Shown here: positions 51,473 to 64,000 of the stretch, piece after piece
Layout of the letters: each line of letters begins with the position of its first letter
Position numbering within the stretch: the first letter of the stretch is position 1
DNA from: Hormiphora californensis
Lineage: Eukaryota; Animalia; Ctenophora
NCBI GenBank assembly: GCA_020137815.1
Contig: CM035356.1
Span: forward strand, 6,076,001-6,140,000
Reading direction: 5' to 3'
DNA: 64,000 nt
The notes under the pieces: generated by a model
Seen by the model: only the letters and a program-made list of their open reading frames with translations
Database searches by the model: none
What the model was told of the DNA's origin: nothing
Made by a program: the position numbers and the translations under genes

Positions 51473-52587
51473 CTAAGCCACAGTTCCTTCATTTTGTATC
51501 TCCTCCTCTCCTCCCTTATCTTCCTCTCCTCCAACCCCATTCTGTCCCTCCTCCTCAGTAGCGGTCTGACAACATGGGACCCTCTCACCCCTAGCCAGGG
51601 GCCATGCTAGGACTATAGCCCCACCCTCAATCAGAATAAAGATCACTAGGAGGACCCAGGAGAGAATCATTCGCTTTTCCATGAACCCAACTGCGATAGA
51701 GAGACAACCCTTGGGGAAGAGAGAGATATGAATTATTAACTGAAATTGAGGAGAAAGAGAGATGAATTATTAACCGAAATTGAGAAGAATTTAAATTAGG
51801 ATTTTATAATTTGAGTATAAGTAGGAGAATAACATGAATTATATATCCTGTATTTTTGAGTAATTTGAGTAATTTGAGTAGGTGAATTATATATCCTGTA
51901 TTTTGAATTTATACCTGGTTGTGTGTAGCATCATCCCCAGTGCTATTTACAGCCTGTCCAACTCCACAAGACTCAGTTACAACCTTGCAACAACTACTAG
52001 GTACATCGTTGTCGTGGGTTCTGGATGGGGACGGGTGTGTTATGTTTTACACTACTTGAGGGGGAGGGGAGGGTCGAGAGGAGGGGGTTAGAAGGGGGCT
52101 GAGTAACACATGTTGTAGAGAGTAAAGATAGAGAGTAAAGAAAGTCGAGTTAGTTAGAGAGTGAGAGGAGTCTTCTCTAATAATGCTGTACAGCTGTGAC
52201 GTCGGACAAACACGCTTACACCGTTTACCGAGTATCTCTCACACTTCACTAACTCTATGTTTCTCCCTCCTCCTACTTTAGTAAAATGACAGTTACCATG
52301 GTAACAACCCACTCACCGAATCCAGGTGAATGCAAAAGAATCATTTCCCGAACTAGACCAATCCGAGGGGCCGTTAACTCCGCAACACCCAAAAGTTTGC
52401 TGCATCCAATCAATGGCTGAGGGAGTTTTTAGTTGCCATGGTATTCGGGGAAAAGCTTTTGAAACACATAATTCGACAGAAAGTCTGATAAGATTCTAGT
52501 GTCCTCACTTTTTGTAGTGGCTCGAGCATTTTCCTTTCCATAACTAACAAGTCCAAATTGAAGATTTTTGCTGACTACGTCTTGCGC
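51473..52587 (-). CDS. Tetraspanin variable 3' cassette C
   Basis: Exons 52509-52587, 52317-52416, 51915-52020, 51473-51709: AQDVVSKNLQFGLVSYG...IDWMQQTFGCCG...VPSSCC...SCG...GCLSIAVG...TM4, acidic tail ending EGTVA*. Confidence 0.88.
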
Positions 52588-52911
52588 CTGAAAGCACCTT
52601 ATAATGTACTGATCAACCAATAAATGCTTCGAAGTGAACCAAAGTTCATTCCCATGCGAACTCGCAAAACAAAAGAAAAAGATATTTGTCTAGCAATGAA
52701 TTTAGAAAGAAGATTTACTATTTAAAGATTGAAATAAAGTAAGGTCAGTAGGAGTTAAAAACACGTTAAATCTAAGGAAAGAGCGGTATCATGATTAGGA
52801 AACACAGGGTGTCCCACAATTTCCTGAACACCCTGCACGGTGAATGATTAAGGACAGTCTGATGTCTGTATATTGGTCTGTCTGACTGTCTCTCCGTTAT
52901 ATAGATCCCTT

Positions 52912-53585
52912 CTACGTCTCATAAGGGTTAGCGTATCGCTTTGATTTCCGTTCCTGTCTCTTCTTTTCCTTCTTGACTTCCTCGTTTGTTAGCTCCCTGA
53001 TTTTGTAAGAAAGTAACATGGCTACCAGCTCAATAACGACCACACCCACACCTAGGAGTCCCATAATCATGCCCCTGTCCATCACGGCATCATAGACAGC
53101 TCGGTAACAGTCCTGAAGAGAAGAGCGTTAGAAAAGTTACAGTTTAGCTGGTAATACGAGTCAGTTAACTTGAAATCGACATGATATATCATTAAAAGTG
53201 ATAATGCAGATATTGTGGAAAGTCACCTGTTCCCAAAGGTTGAAACCAGACGTAGCACGGTCATCTCCACAGCCCGATCTGAAGTCGACACAACAAGAGT
53301 CTGGGACATCGTTCCTGTGACCTAACATGGCAACCCAATAGTAGGCAACACTCGTTTTGGTCCAATCCTGGTGATCATCAACCCCACAACATTCGAAGTT
53401 GGTCTGGACCCAGTCAACTCCTGGGAGTGAATTATAAATTAGATGCCGTTCTTACCCCAATTTTCCATAATTTTTTCACAATTTTCAAAGAAAATTTAAA
53501 TCAATTCATTACCGTCACTGAGACTTTTGGAAAGCCCGTAATCCCTCAATCCCTTTTGCATTCCCTCTCGAGCAAAGACTCCTGC
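52912..53585 (-). CDS. Tetraspanin variable 3' cassette B
   Basis: Exons 53513-53585, 53227-53420, 52912-53112: AGVFAREGMQKGLRDYG...GVDWVQTNFECCG...VPDSCC...GCG...DCYRAVYD...TM4, basic tail ending RYANPYET*. Confidence 0.88.
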
Positions 53586-53734
53586 CTAAATAGAAATTAT
53601 CAATTGCTCTCTGGGTATCACTAAGTGCAGTTGGGGATGTTGTGAGATATGCCAGCATCCAGCAAGGTCTATAACTGACACAATACTAACCACACACAAA
53701 CTTACCTCCTTGCAGGAATCTTCTATCCCAAAAC

Positions 53735-53843
53735 CAGGAACCGACCGACACAAGTAAACAACCAATCCGAACTCGTTATTTAGGTCACGTGACTGGTTAT
53801 CAGCCAATCAGGGACCAGTATTTCCTGATTCGGTCGGTTCCTG
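53735..53843. mobile_element. 109-bp hAT MITE with 8-bp TSD
   Basis: TIR CAGGAACCGACCGA / TCGGTCGGTTCCTG; CCCAAAAC on both flanks. Confidence 0.9.
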
Positions 53844-54238
53844 CCCAAAACCAGGGGGCTGCAGCATGCAAATATCAAAACACGATTATTAAGAGGGGGT
53901 TACAACGAATCTGTGCTATAAATAGTACTATATAATCTGAAAAGTTTATCCACAGACAGATATATATTTCAACGGCTAAACTGCATGGTAAAGAATTGAA
54001 CGAAAAATAATGTTTTATTTTGTTTTCACACGTCTTATGAATGAATAAAGTCTCTCAAGTAGTACTGAACGGGTAAAATGTTCAAGCTCTTCTTATCTAC
54101 CAGCAAAAAAGCAAGAAAAGTTATTGAGTTCTGTCGAGCATGTTCACAGATATCAAATTGAGTTCTGGTCACAATGTCACAACACTTCCATTTTTCATGA
54201 CGTCATATCACATACACACACTCCATATTGTTACCATA

Positions 54239-56875
<2,637 letters not shown>

Positions 56876-57470
56876 CTTCGTTCACGAAAGGAGAAGATAA
56901 TGTTTTAAATGAGAAAATTAAAGGATAAAAAGGAGCAAAGTACCTGTGATCAGCTTTGTAGAAAGGGGGCCTGGACGTCTGTTTGTCTGTCATACCGTCT
57001 GTTTGTTGTAGTAGATCAGAGAGACAGTGTCTCTGATGTCTTTTTGAAGGAGAATCAGGTCGCTTTAAATCTTTTTTTCATGTAAAAAGTGCTTAAAAAC
57101 TCGAGATGGCATTATCATATTGTGCTCGTACCGGAGAGAGAAACTACCACTCCAAACACCCCAAACCGGAGAAATAAATAACAAATTACAGACATTGCAC
57201 AAATCCATGTCAGGGAATATAAATATAGTGACACGGTTACAACGTACAATTACACAGAGACTCCGGGAGGTGAGGACATCACGCGGCTTTTGGAATGTGA
57301 AACATGGTGTGTGGGGTATATAAAAACACAGAACTCTCTGCCCCGGGTTGCCAGGAGACGACACTCTTGGTTGCTAAGAGACGCACTCTTGGTTACCATG
57401 AGACGACACTCTTGGCTAACCCGGTTGTGGCAGATGAGTTGTGTGGAATGTAGTGCTATATATCACATAC

Positions 57471-59629
57471 CTCATCAGAGTAAATGAAAGCGAGGATACC
57501 AGCAACCAACTGGACGAGAATTACAACTCCGAGAACAATGGCGTACTGGGAGATGAGGGGAGGTTAGAGAGGTGGGGCGTACTGATAAATAATAAGGGGA
57601 GGTTAGAGAGATAAGGAATAAAGGGAGGTTAGAGAGATGAGGAATGGAAGACATATCGGCTAGAAGAAAAGAGAAACCGCATATATAATGAGCTTTGAAC
57701 TTAGACGTCAGAAAAAGGTCATCCTTCACAGACTTCATATTGGCGTATAGCCAGTGGATAGACCGAGAGGGAGGGATATACCGAGAGGGAGAGGGAAGAT
57801 AGAGAGATGTATAAAAAAGAATGAAGTAGAGAGAGAGCCGCTTAAGATTGTACAACACACACCTGAAAGGTGTAAAACTTAGAGGGAGAGCCGAGCGGGA
57901 GAGAGAGAGGGAATTAAGATTCAGAGACCAGAATGATATGCCCTCCCATAAAAACATAAAAACTGGAGTACCACTTTTAGAATGTACATTTAATAAACAA
58001 ACAAATACAAATATTTGGGAACATTTAAAAAACAGACAACCTACCACAAGGAGCATTCCACTGTTCTGTTTCATGGCACCGAAACACCCAAGGAAGCCCA
58101 CAATGGCAATCACCAGTCCCACAATAATGAGGAGAACGGACACGGGGACGGTCTTTCCATCGATGATCTCGTTCCAGTTCTCTCCCTCAACCAGGACAAC
58201 AATTCCAACGACAAAGAGTACCAGACCAAGGACCTGATGGGGGAGAGAGGGGTTGTTAGGGGTAACCGAGGAACAAACAGGGGAAACAGGGGAACAGGGC
58301 GGAGACACGCAGGGGGAAGTCTCATTATATTAAGAGTCTCCAATCTCCTGCATTGGTCATGGGGTTACAGTCGCTTTGTATCTTGTCAATATATCAGGAG
58401 TATATATATCAGCAAACTCTTCTCTGAGTAGCATGATGGGTAAGGTATGAGGTAAAGTAAAAGTAGTGCAGGACAAAGTATGATCTTTATCTACCCTACT
58501 TCTACTCAGGTTCCTTATTCATCACATGGGATATATACTTCCTGATCTAGACAAACATAGGAACAGAGGAACAGACAGAGGAACAAACAGAGGAACAAAC
58601 AGAGGAACAAATAAAGGAAGAAACAGAGGAACAAATAAAGGAAGAAACAGAGGAACAAACAAAGGAACAAACAAAGGAACAAACATAGAAACAAACATAG
58701 AAACAAACAGAGGAACAAACAGAGGAACAAACATAGGGAACAAACAGAGGAACAAACAGAGGAACAAACCGAGGAACAAACATAGGAACAGAGGAACAAA
58801 CAGAGGAACAGTGAACAAACAGAGGAACAAACAGAGGAACAAACAGAGGAACAAACAGAGGAACAAACAGAGGAACAAACAGAGGAACAAACAGATGAAG
58901 AAACAAAGGAACAAACATAGGAACAGAGGAACAAACAGAGGAACAGTGAACAAACAGAGGAACAAACAGAGGAACAAACATAGTAACAAACATAGAAACA
59001 AACAGAGGAACAAACAGAGGAACAAACAGAGGAACAAACAGAGGAACAAACAGAGGAACAAACAGAGGAACAAACAGATGAAGAAACAAAGGAACAAACA
59101 TAGGAACAGAGGAACAAACAGAGGAACAGTGAACAAACAGAGGAACAAACAGAGGAACAAACAGAGGAACAAACATAGGAACAAACAGAGTAACAAACAT
59201 AGTAACAAACATAGAAACAAACAGAGGAACAAACAGAGGAACAAACAGAGGAACAAACAGAGGAACAAACAGAGGAACAAACAGAGGAACAAACAGATGA
59301 AGAAACAAAGGAACAAACATAGGAACAGAGGAACAAACATAGAAACAAACAGAGGAACAAACAGAGGAACAAACATAGGAACAGAGGAACAAACAGAGGA
59401 ACAGTGAACAAACAGAGGAACAAACAGAGGAACAAACAGAGGAACAAACAGAGGAACAAACATAGGAACAAACAGAGGAACAAACATAGGAACAAACAGA
59501 GGAACAAACAGAGGAACAAACATAGGAACAAACATAGGAACAAACGATGAACGAGCTTGTCTCACTTACCCATACGATGCCGTTGAAGACGAACATCAGG
59601 GACTTCATCAGTCCAGTTCCTAAACCCAT
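57471..59629 (-). CDS. Tetraspanin constant 5' region (TM1, EC1, TM2, TM3), three exons ending in a phase-0 donor
   Basis: Exons 59570-59629 (MGLGTGLMKSLMFVFNGIVW), 58045-58233 (VLGLVLFVVG...VGFLGCFGAMKQNSGMLLV) and 57471-57545 (YAIVLGVVILVQLVAGILAFIYSDE). These carry the tetraspanin TM1 Asn, GFLGCFGA motif and TM3 Gln. Confidence 0.93.
58551..59546. repeat. ~1-kb 12-bp minisatellite (GGAACAAACAGA)n filling tetraspanin intron 1
   Basis: Directly visible, with higher-order variants (catag, cagtg, cagatgaagaa). Confidence 0.95.
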
Positions 59630-60122
59630 GATTGCTACTAAATAAGAATAAAAATGTTAGATTTCATTGGACTTCCTTTGTTGTTACAGTTTGGGGTTGG
59701 TAACATACCAGCCCCGCTCAAAAGAAGAATAAGAAGGAGTTTGGGAAGACACAGTGCAGGCTATAAGACTACCTTATTACCTTTATACTTCTCCGCCGAT
59801 AATTAATAAAACTATGTACTAAACTGAGTTCCTTGCTCTCTACTCTGATCAAACACAACACGTCCGGATTGGTATGACGCAATTGATTGCCTTGCTCATG
59901 CTCTACCCTGTTTCCGCGTGCCCCGTGGTTTGAAAAAAACAAGCAATTGACAGTGATTGGCCATCTCATCATGGAAAAATTGAAAGGTTATATACAATAA
60001 ATAAACATCAATAAATATCAATAATATATGTCGATCAATCTGTACACAGTAATAATAATATATTAATATGGTGTTTACACAAAATTATACACATAACCCA
60101 TCTTTGAACACCCAGTACACCT

Positions 60123-60368
60123 TTACTTGTCGTCGAAGTAGGTAGTTTGAACCCAATTTCGACATTGCAGCTCCAGTGGAATTTCTTCACATTCGTACCA
60201 ATTCTCACCATAGGCCAGTTCAACCATTTCCTTTGCAAATGTATCTTCACCAGCAAACTTGAGCTCACCGTTTTCCAACTTTTCTGCAAGGCCTAGACAC
60301 CGATAATTCCACTCACCAATCGAAACAAACGCTAGATGGTAACTTTCCTTAGGCCCAATATCAGTCAT
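60123..60368 (-). CDS. Orphan 81-aa protein, paralog 1 of 3
   Basis: MTDIGPKESYH...YRCLGL...LKFAGE...PLELQCRNWVQTTYFDDK*; conserved start, stop and length across three copies with diverged flanks. Confidence 0.8.
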   Translation of the reverse strand: MTDIGPKESYHLAFVSIGEWNYRCLGLAEKLENGELKFAGEDTFAKEMVELAYGENWYECEEIPLELQCRNWVQTTYFDDK

Positions 60369-60877
60369 TCTCTAACGATATCTCTATTGTTTTCGGAATG
60401 ATTTAAAGAAGTTTGTCAGGTACTGCATGAGAAAATGTGATGTGGAAAATGTGTCGGCGAATTAGCTTTGTAACACGGTCTAGCCAAGGCTAAGAAATTA
60501 ACTTTGGCCGGAAATTTTAACTTTGAGCAAAAATCAGTCACAATTCACACGTATGCAGTATGGTAAAAGACAACGGAAGAAACAATTAAAAGATAAAGGA
60601 GTGTTGTGTAGTTAATTGCAGGCTGGCTTTTGTGTGCCAATTAGTGCCTTGGGTTGCTCCAAAAAGGAGGAAACAAAAAGATAGCATCACAAAAGTTAGT
60701 CACGCACTGATACAATATCGTGAGAAAATGATGGTCGGCAGACGGTGCCGCTGAGTGGCTATGGTGTGATCTAACTTTGATCTTGAGAAAGAGAAAGAAA
60801 GAGAGAGAGAGGGAGAGAGAGAGGGAGAGAGGGAGAGAGAGATAGAGAGAGGGAGAGAGAGAGTGAGAGAGAGAGGC

Positions 60878-60922
<45 letters not shown>

Positions 60923-60942
60923 AAGGGAGAGGGATAGAGAGA

Positions 60943-61026
<84 letters not shown>

Positions 61027-61952
61027 AAGCATGAAGATCATGATGATCTGACCAGTGGTGTGGTGTTAAACCAACAAGGAAGGTGTTGGTAGGTAAACAG
61101 ACTCGGGATGCACCCCTTCCTTCCTATGATAACAGTGCACCATGACGCACCCCGGCCTGAACGTGTGTGTGAAAGAGAGATAGAAAGAAAGAGAAAGGGT
61201 GAGAAAGAGAGTGAGATAGAGAGAGAGATTCACCTGCTCATGCTGCCCTTATAATACAGGGTGTCCCACTGTCTTTGCATAACCTGCGATTTTGGGTGAT
61301 GACTGGGCTTCACTGAAGACTAGGTTGGTAAGAATTTGTTTTGTGTCCCGACTCCCAACCTTTTCGTCCCGACTAAGAATAGTTATTGTGGGAAGGGAAG
61401 AGGACAAATGTTATAGGTGTAGGATACACGGAAAGCGAAGTACAAATCACCCAAAAGAAATTTAGTGAAGATAATAATAAAAGTTGATAAGTCGAGCATC
61501 AGTAGTAAAGTCCCACGGGAATACTACAAGAAGCATAAAATATTTATCATGTTTACATAGCAGTTGACATCTTTAGATGGAGACAAAATATATGAAAGAT
61601 CGCCAGTCACCTTCAGCCAACCGGCCAACAACCAAAATGAACATTGAACAATAATCGAGTAAATAAACACAGTATATTCTACATATAACAAAGTGGTAAC
61701 GAGGTACATTTAACAACTCTTATCAAAATACCCGTTTGGGTTGGCATTTTAACGTAATTGACAGTGATTGGCCATCTCATTTTAGTAAGCTCAGACCACT
61801 GCTAACATGCTATATCAATCAGTACACAGACAAACTAAACTAAATCAGTATTTAAAATCTCATACAAAAATATATATAATATCTAATTAATTACCAAATT
61901 ATGTACACACAATTATCTACACTCATGTTTTCCGGGCAATTGTTCACCTCAT

Positions 61953-62198
61953 TTACTTATCGTCAAAGTAGGTAGATTGAACCCAATTTTGACATTGGAG
62001 CTCCAGAGGAAGTTGCCGGGCTCCCTCCCAATCCGCATCATATACCCGTTCAATGAATCCCCTTGAATGTACACCTTCACCAACAAACTTGAGCTGACCA
62101 TTGTCCAACACTTCTGTAAGGGCCAGACATCGGTAGCTTTCCCCATTTATCGTTACAAAAGCTTCATGGTAACTTTCCTTCGGCCCAAAATCAGTCAT
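61953..62198 (-). CDS. Orphan 81-aa protein, paralog 2 of 3
   Basis: MTDFGPKESYHEAFVTINGESYRCL...LPLELQCQNWVQSTYFDDK*. Confidence 0.8.
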   Translation of the reverse strand: MTDFGPKESYHEAFVTINGESYRCLALTEVLDNGQLKFVGEGVHSRGFIERVYDADWEGARQLPLELQCQNWVQSTYFDDK

Positions 62199-62467
62199 TC
62201 TTTAACGATATTTGAATAAGAGAATGGTAGAAGCAACAGGCAAGATCGACAAGCTCAAATTTGAGGAGCCTGTCGGCAGAGTCACACTTGCTATCTAAAT
62301 GCATGTGAAAGAAAAGCAGTAAGGTGAGGAATAGAGAGTCACTTCTGCGGTCAAAGATAATCATTAACTTTTCTACAGTCATGCAAAGTCGCCGTTCAAG
62401 ATCAAATTAACAGTGCCACTGTTGATTTGATCTAACAAGACGTGATGGCTCTGTACACGGGGAACCA

Positions 62468-62538
<71 letters not shown>

Positions 62539-63007
62539 TATATATTTACACCATAGTGCTTGCCAGCACTAACGGCCTCATGTTTGGCCCGCCGAGTGTC
62601 CCGATGGGACCCGTCGATCAGTATTCCAAATATGAAGGATGGTAACCTGATACTATACGCCAAGTGTCCCGATGAGACCCGCTGAGTTGCCTGTTGCGTG
62701 TCAAACTTATCCAATTCAAACAAAATTCTGACCAATATGCCCACTCTACATATCTCTTAAAATGTCCATAACTAATCAATTAAAGTACATAAAATGTATA
62801 TAGATTTAACAAAAAATAAAAAACCGCTTGATCAACTTTCCAGACTCCATGCAGTTAAGATTGTAGCAACAGTGAACAAATATCTATGCTTTGTTGTTGG
62901 GGTTCAATTTGCATTTTAGCATACTTTGTAATAATACATTTGAATTACTGCAATTCGTCACCTTCAACACATTCTATCGGTCCCACAGAAAAAACGATTC
63001 ACCTCAT

Positions 63008-63256
63008 TTACTTATCGTCAAAGTAGGTAGATTGAACCCAGTTTTGACATTGGAGCTCCAGAGGAAGTTCTTGAGTTTCATGCCAGTATGTACTGGCTAC
63101 TCGTTCAATATATCCCCTTGAATACGTAGCTTCACCAACAAACTTGAACTGAACGCCATTTGCCAACTTTTGTGTGAGGCCCAGACACCGATAATTTTCA
63201 CCATTTATCGTTACAAACGCCTGGTGGTAACTTTCCTTCGGTCCAATGTCAGTCAT
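63008..63256 (-). CDS. Orphan 82-aa protein, paralog 3 of 3
   Basis: MTDIGPKESYHQAFVTINGENYRCL...LPLELQCQNWVQSTYFDDK*; the one-codon insertion keeps the frame. Confidence 0.8.
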   Translation of the reverse strand: MTDIGPKESYHQAFVTINGENYRCLGLTQKLANGVQFKFVGEATYSRGYIERVASTYWHETQELPLELQCQNWVQSTYFDDK

Positions 63257-64000
63257 TCTCTAAAGATAGAATATAAATGACAGATTTAGGTAAAAACGGC
63301 CCAGAAGTCAAACCAAATTCCTTCTATAACTGTTTACCCCAAACACGTGATATTTATCTTTTTTGACGTGTGCAGTACACAGTATGTACTACACACTGTG
63401 CACCACACCTTAATATGCAAATTGTAATAGCGGATAGGCACACAAAACTAATTCGCGAACAAAGGGGGGGGGGGGTAAACAGTTGAAATAAATGGTTTTA
63501 CAACGACGGAATCTCTCAGCTTCCGACCAATAAGTTAATTCACGGTGTCTTCTTCCTCAGTTCCTCAACTCCTCAGGTAGAGATCCTATCCCGATCCTAT
63601 CCAGTCTTCTGACTAAGTCAAACTGACTTCTTTCTTCAGTATGAGAAAAACTGTTGACTGCAATCTTACAACATCAACAAGGATTCTCCCGTACTTTAGG
63701 AATTTCGGGATAAGATGCTCTCCGGGACCTTCTGAAACTTGTTGGCTATCCCGCCCACCCAACTCCTTTTTAACTGTTCACCCCGGGGCCCTTTTTTGCG
63801 CTTCTAATGATATCTCCGGTTCCCGATAAGATAGAAAAGTCGCTATTATATCAGGAACCGGTCATTTGACATACTTTACAGACCCCAATGGGGTTAAAGT
63901 CCGTTTCAAGCGACTTGACCCGTAATTCTTGGAATTCGGCGCATTGCGCGTGTATTTACAAAGGGGAAATCCTGAATTTCCAGGAATCTCAGGTCAAGTC

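Noticed and set aside
53690-53880. Possible extra cassette exon ending GAG|gtaag at ~53706
   Set aside because: Interrupted by a MITE, no EC2-like sequence, and cassette B already has a well-fitting first exon at 53513-53585.
56876-57470. Dscam-style docking site pairing with selector sequences upstream of each cassette
   Set aside because: Only weak, low-complexity complementarity (ctgtttgtctgtc vs gacagcaaacag near 51300) was visible by eye; needs comparative covariation analysis.
58515-59565. Long ORFs of 293-360 aa on both strands
   Set aside because: Translations of the 12-bp intronic minisatellite; only 59570-59629 is coding.

Overview
Intron-rich animal genomic DNA, dense in microsatellites and MITEs. 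It is probably a ctenophore of the Pleurobrachia/Hormiphora type; this is inferred from a 109-bp hAT MITE I recall from Pleurobrachia sequence and is unverified. Gene order: 3' exon of an unknown + strand gene; CEP72/LRRC36-like (-); a tandem cluster of four single-pass receptors (+); a zf-MYND protein (-); an adenosine-deaminase-family gene (-); kindlin/FERMT (+); a tetraspanin locus (-); and three tandem ~81-aa orphan genes (-). The four receptors have a Notch-ligand-like N-terminal domain, 1-10 DSL-like repeats and tyrosine-motif-rich tails. The main new observation is the tetraspanin locus. One constant 5' part (TM1-TM3, three exons) is followed by five intact, divergent, phase-compatible 3' cassettes, each encoding a complete large extracellular loop, TM4 and its own tail and stop. 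The ORF track does not show this because all parts are short spliced exons. The second candidate system is the rapidly diversifying DSL-repeat/EPLYA receptor cluster. All gene models were built by hand from GT-AG sites and reading frames; no database searches were run.
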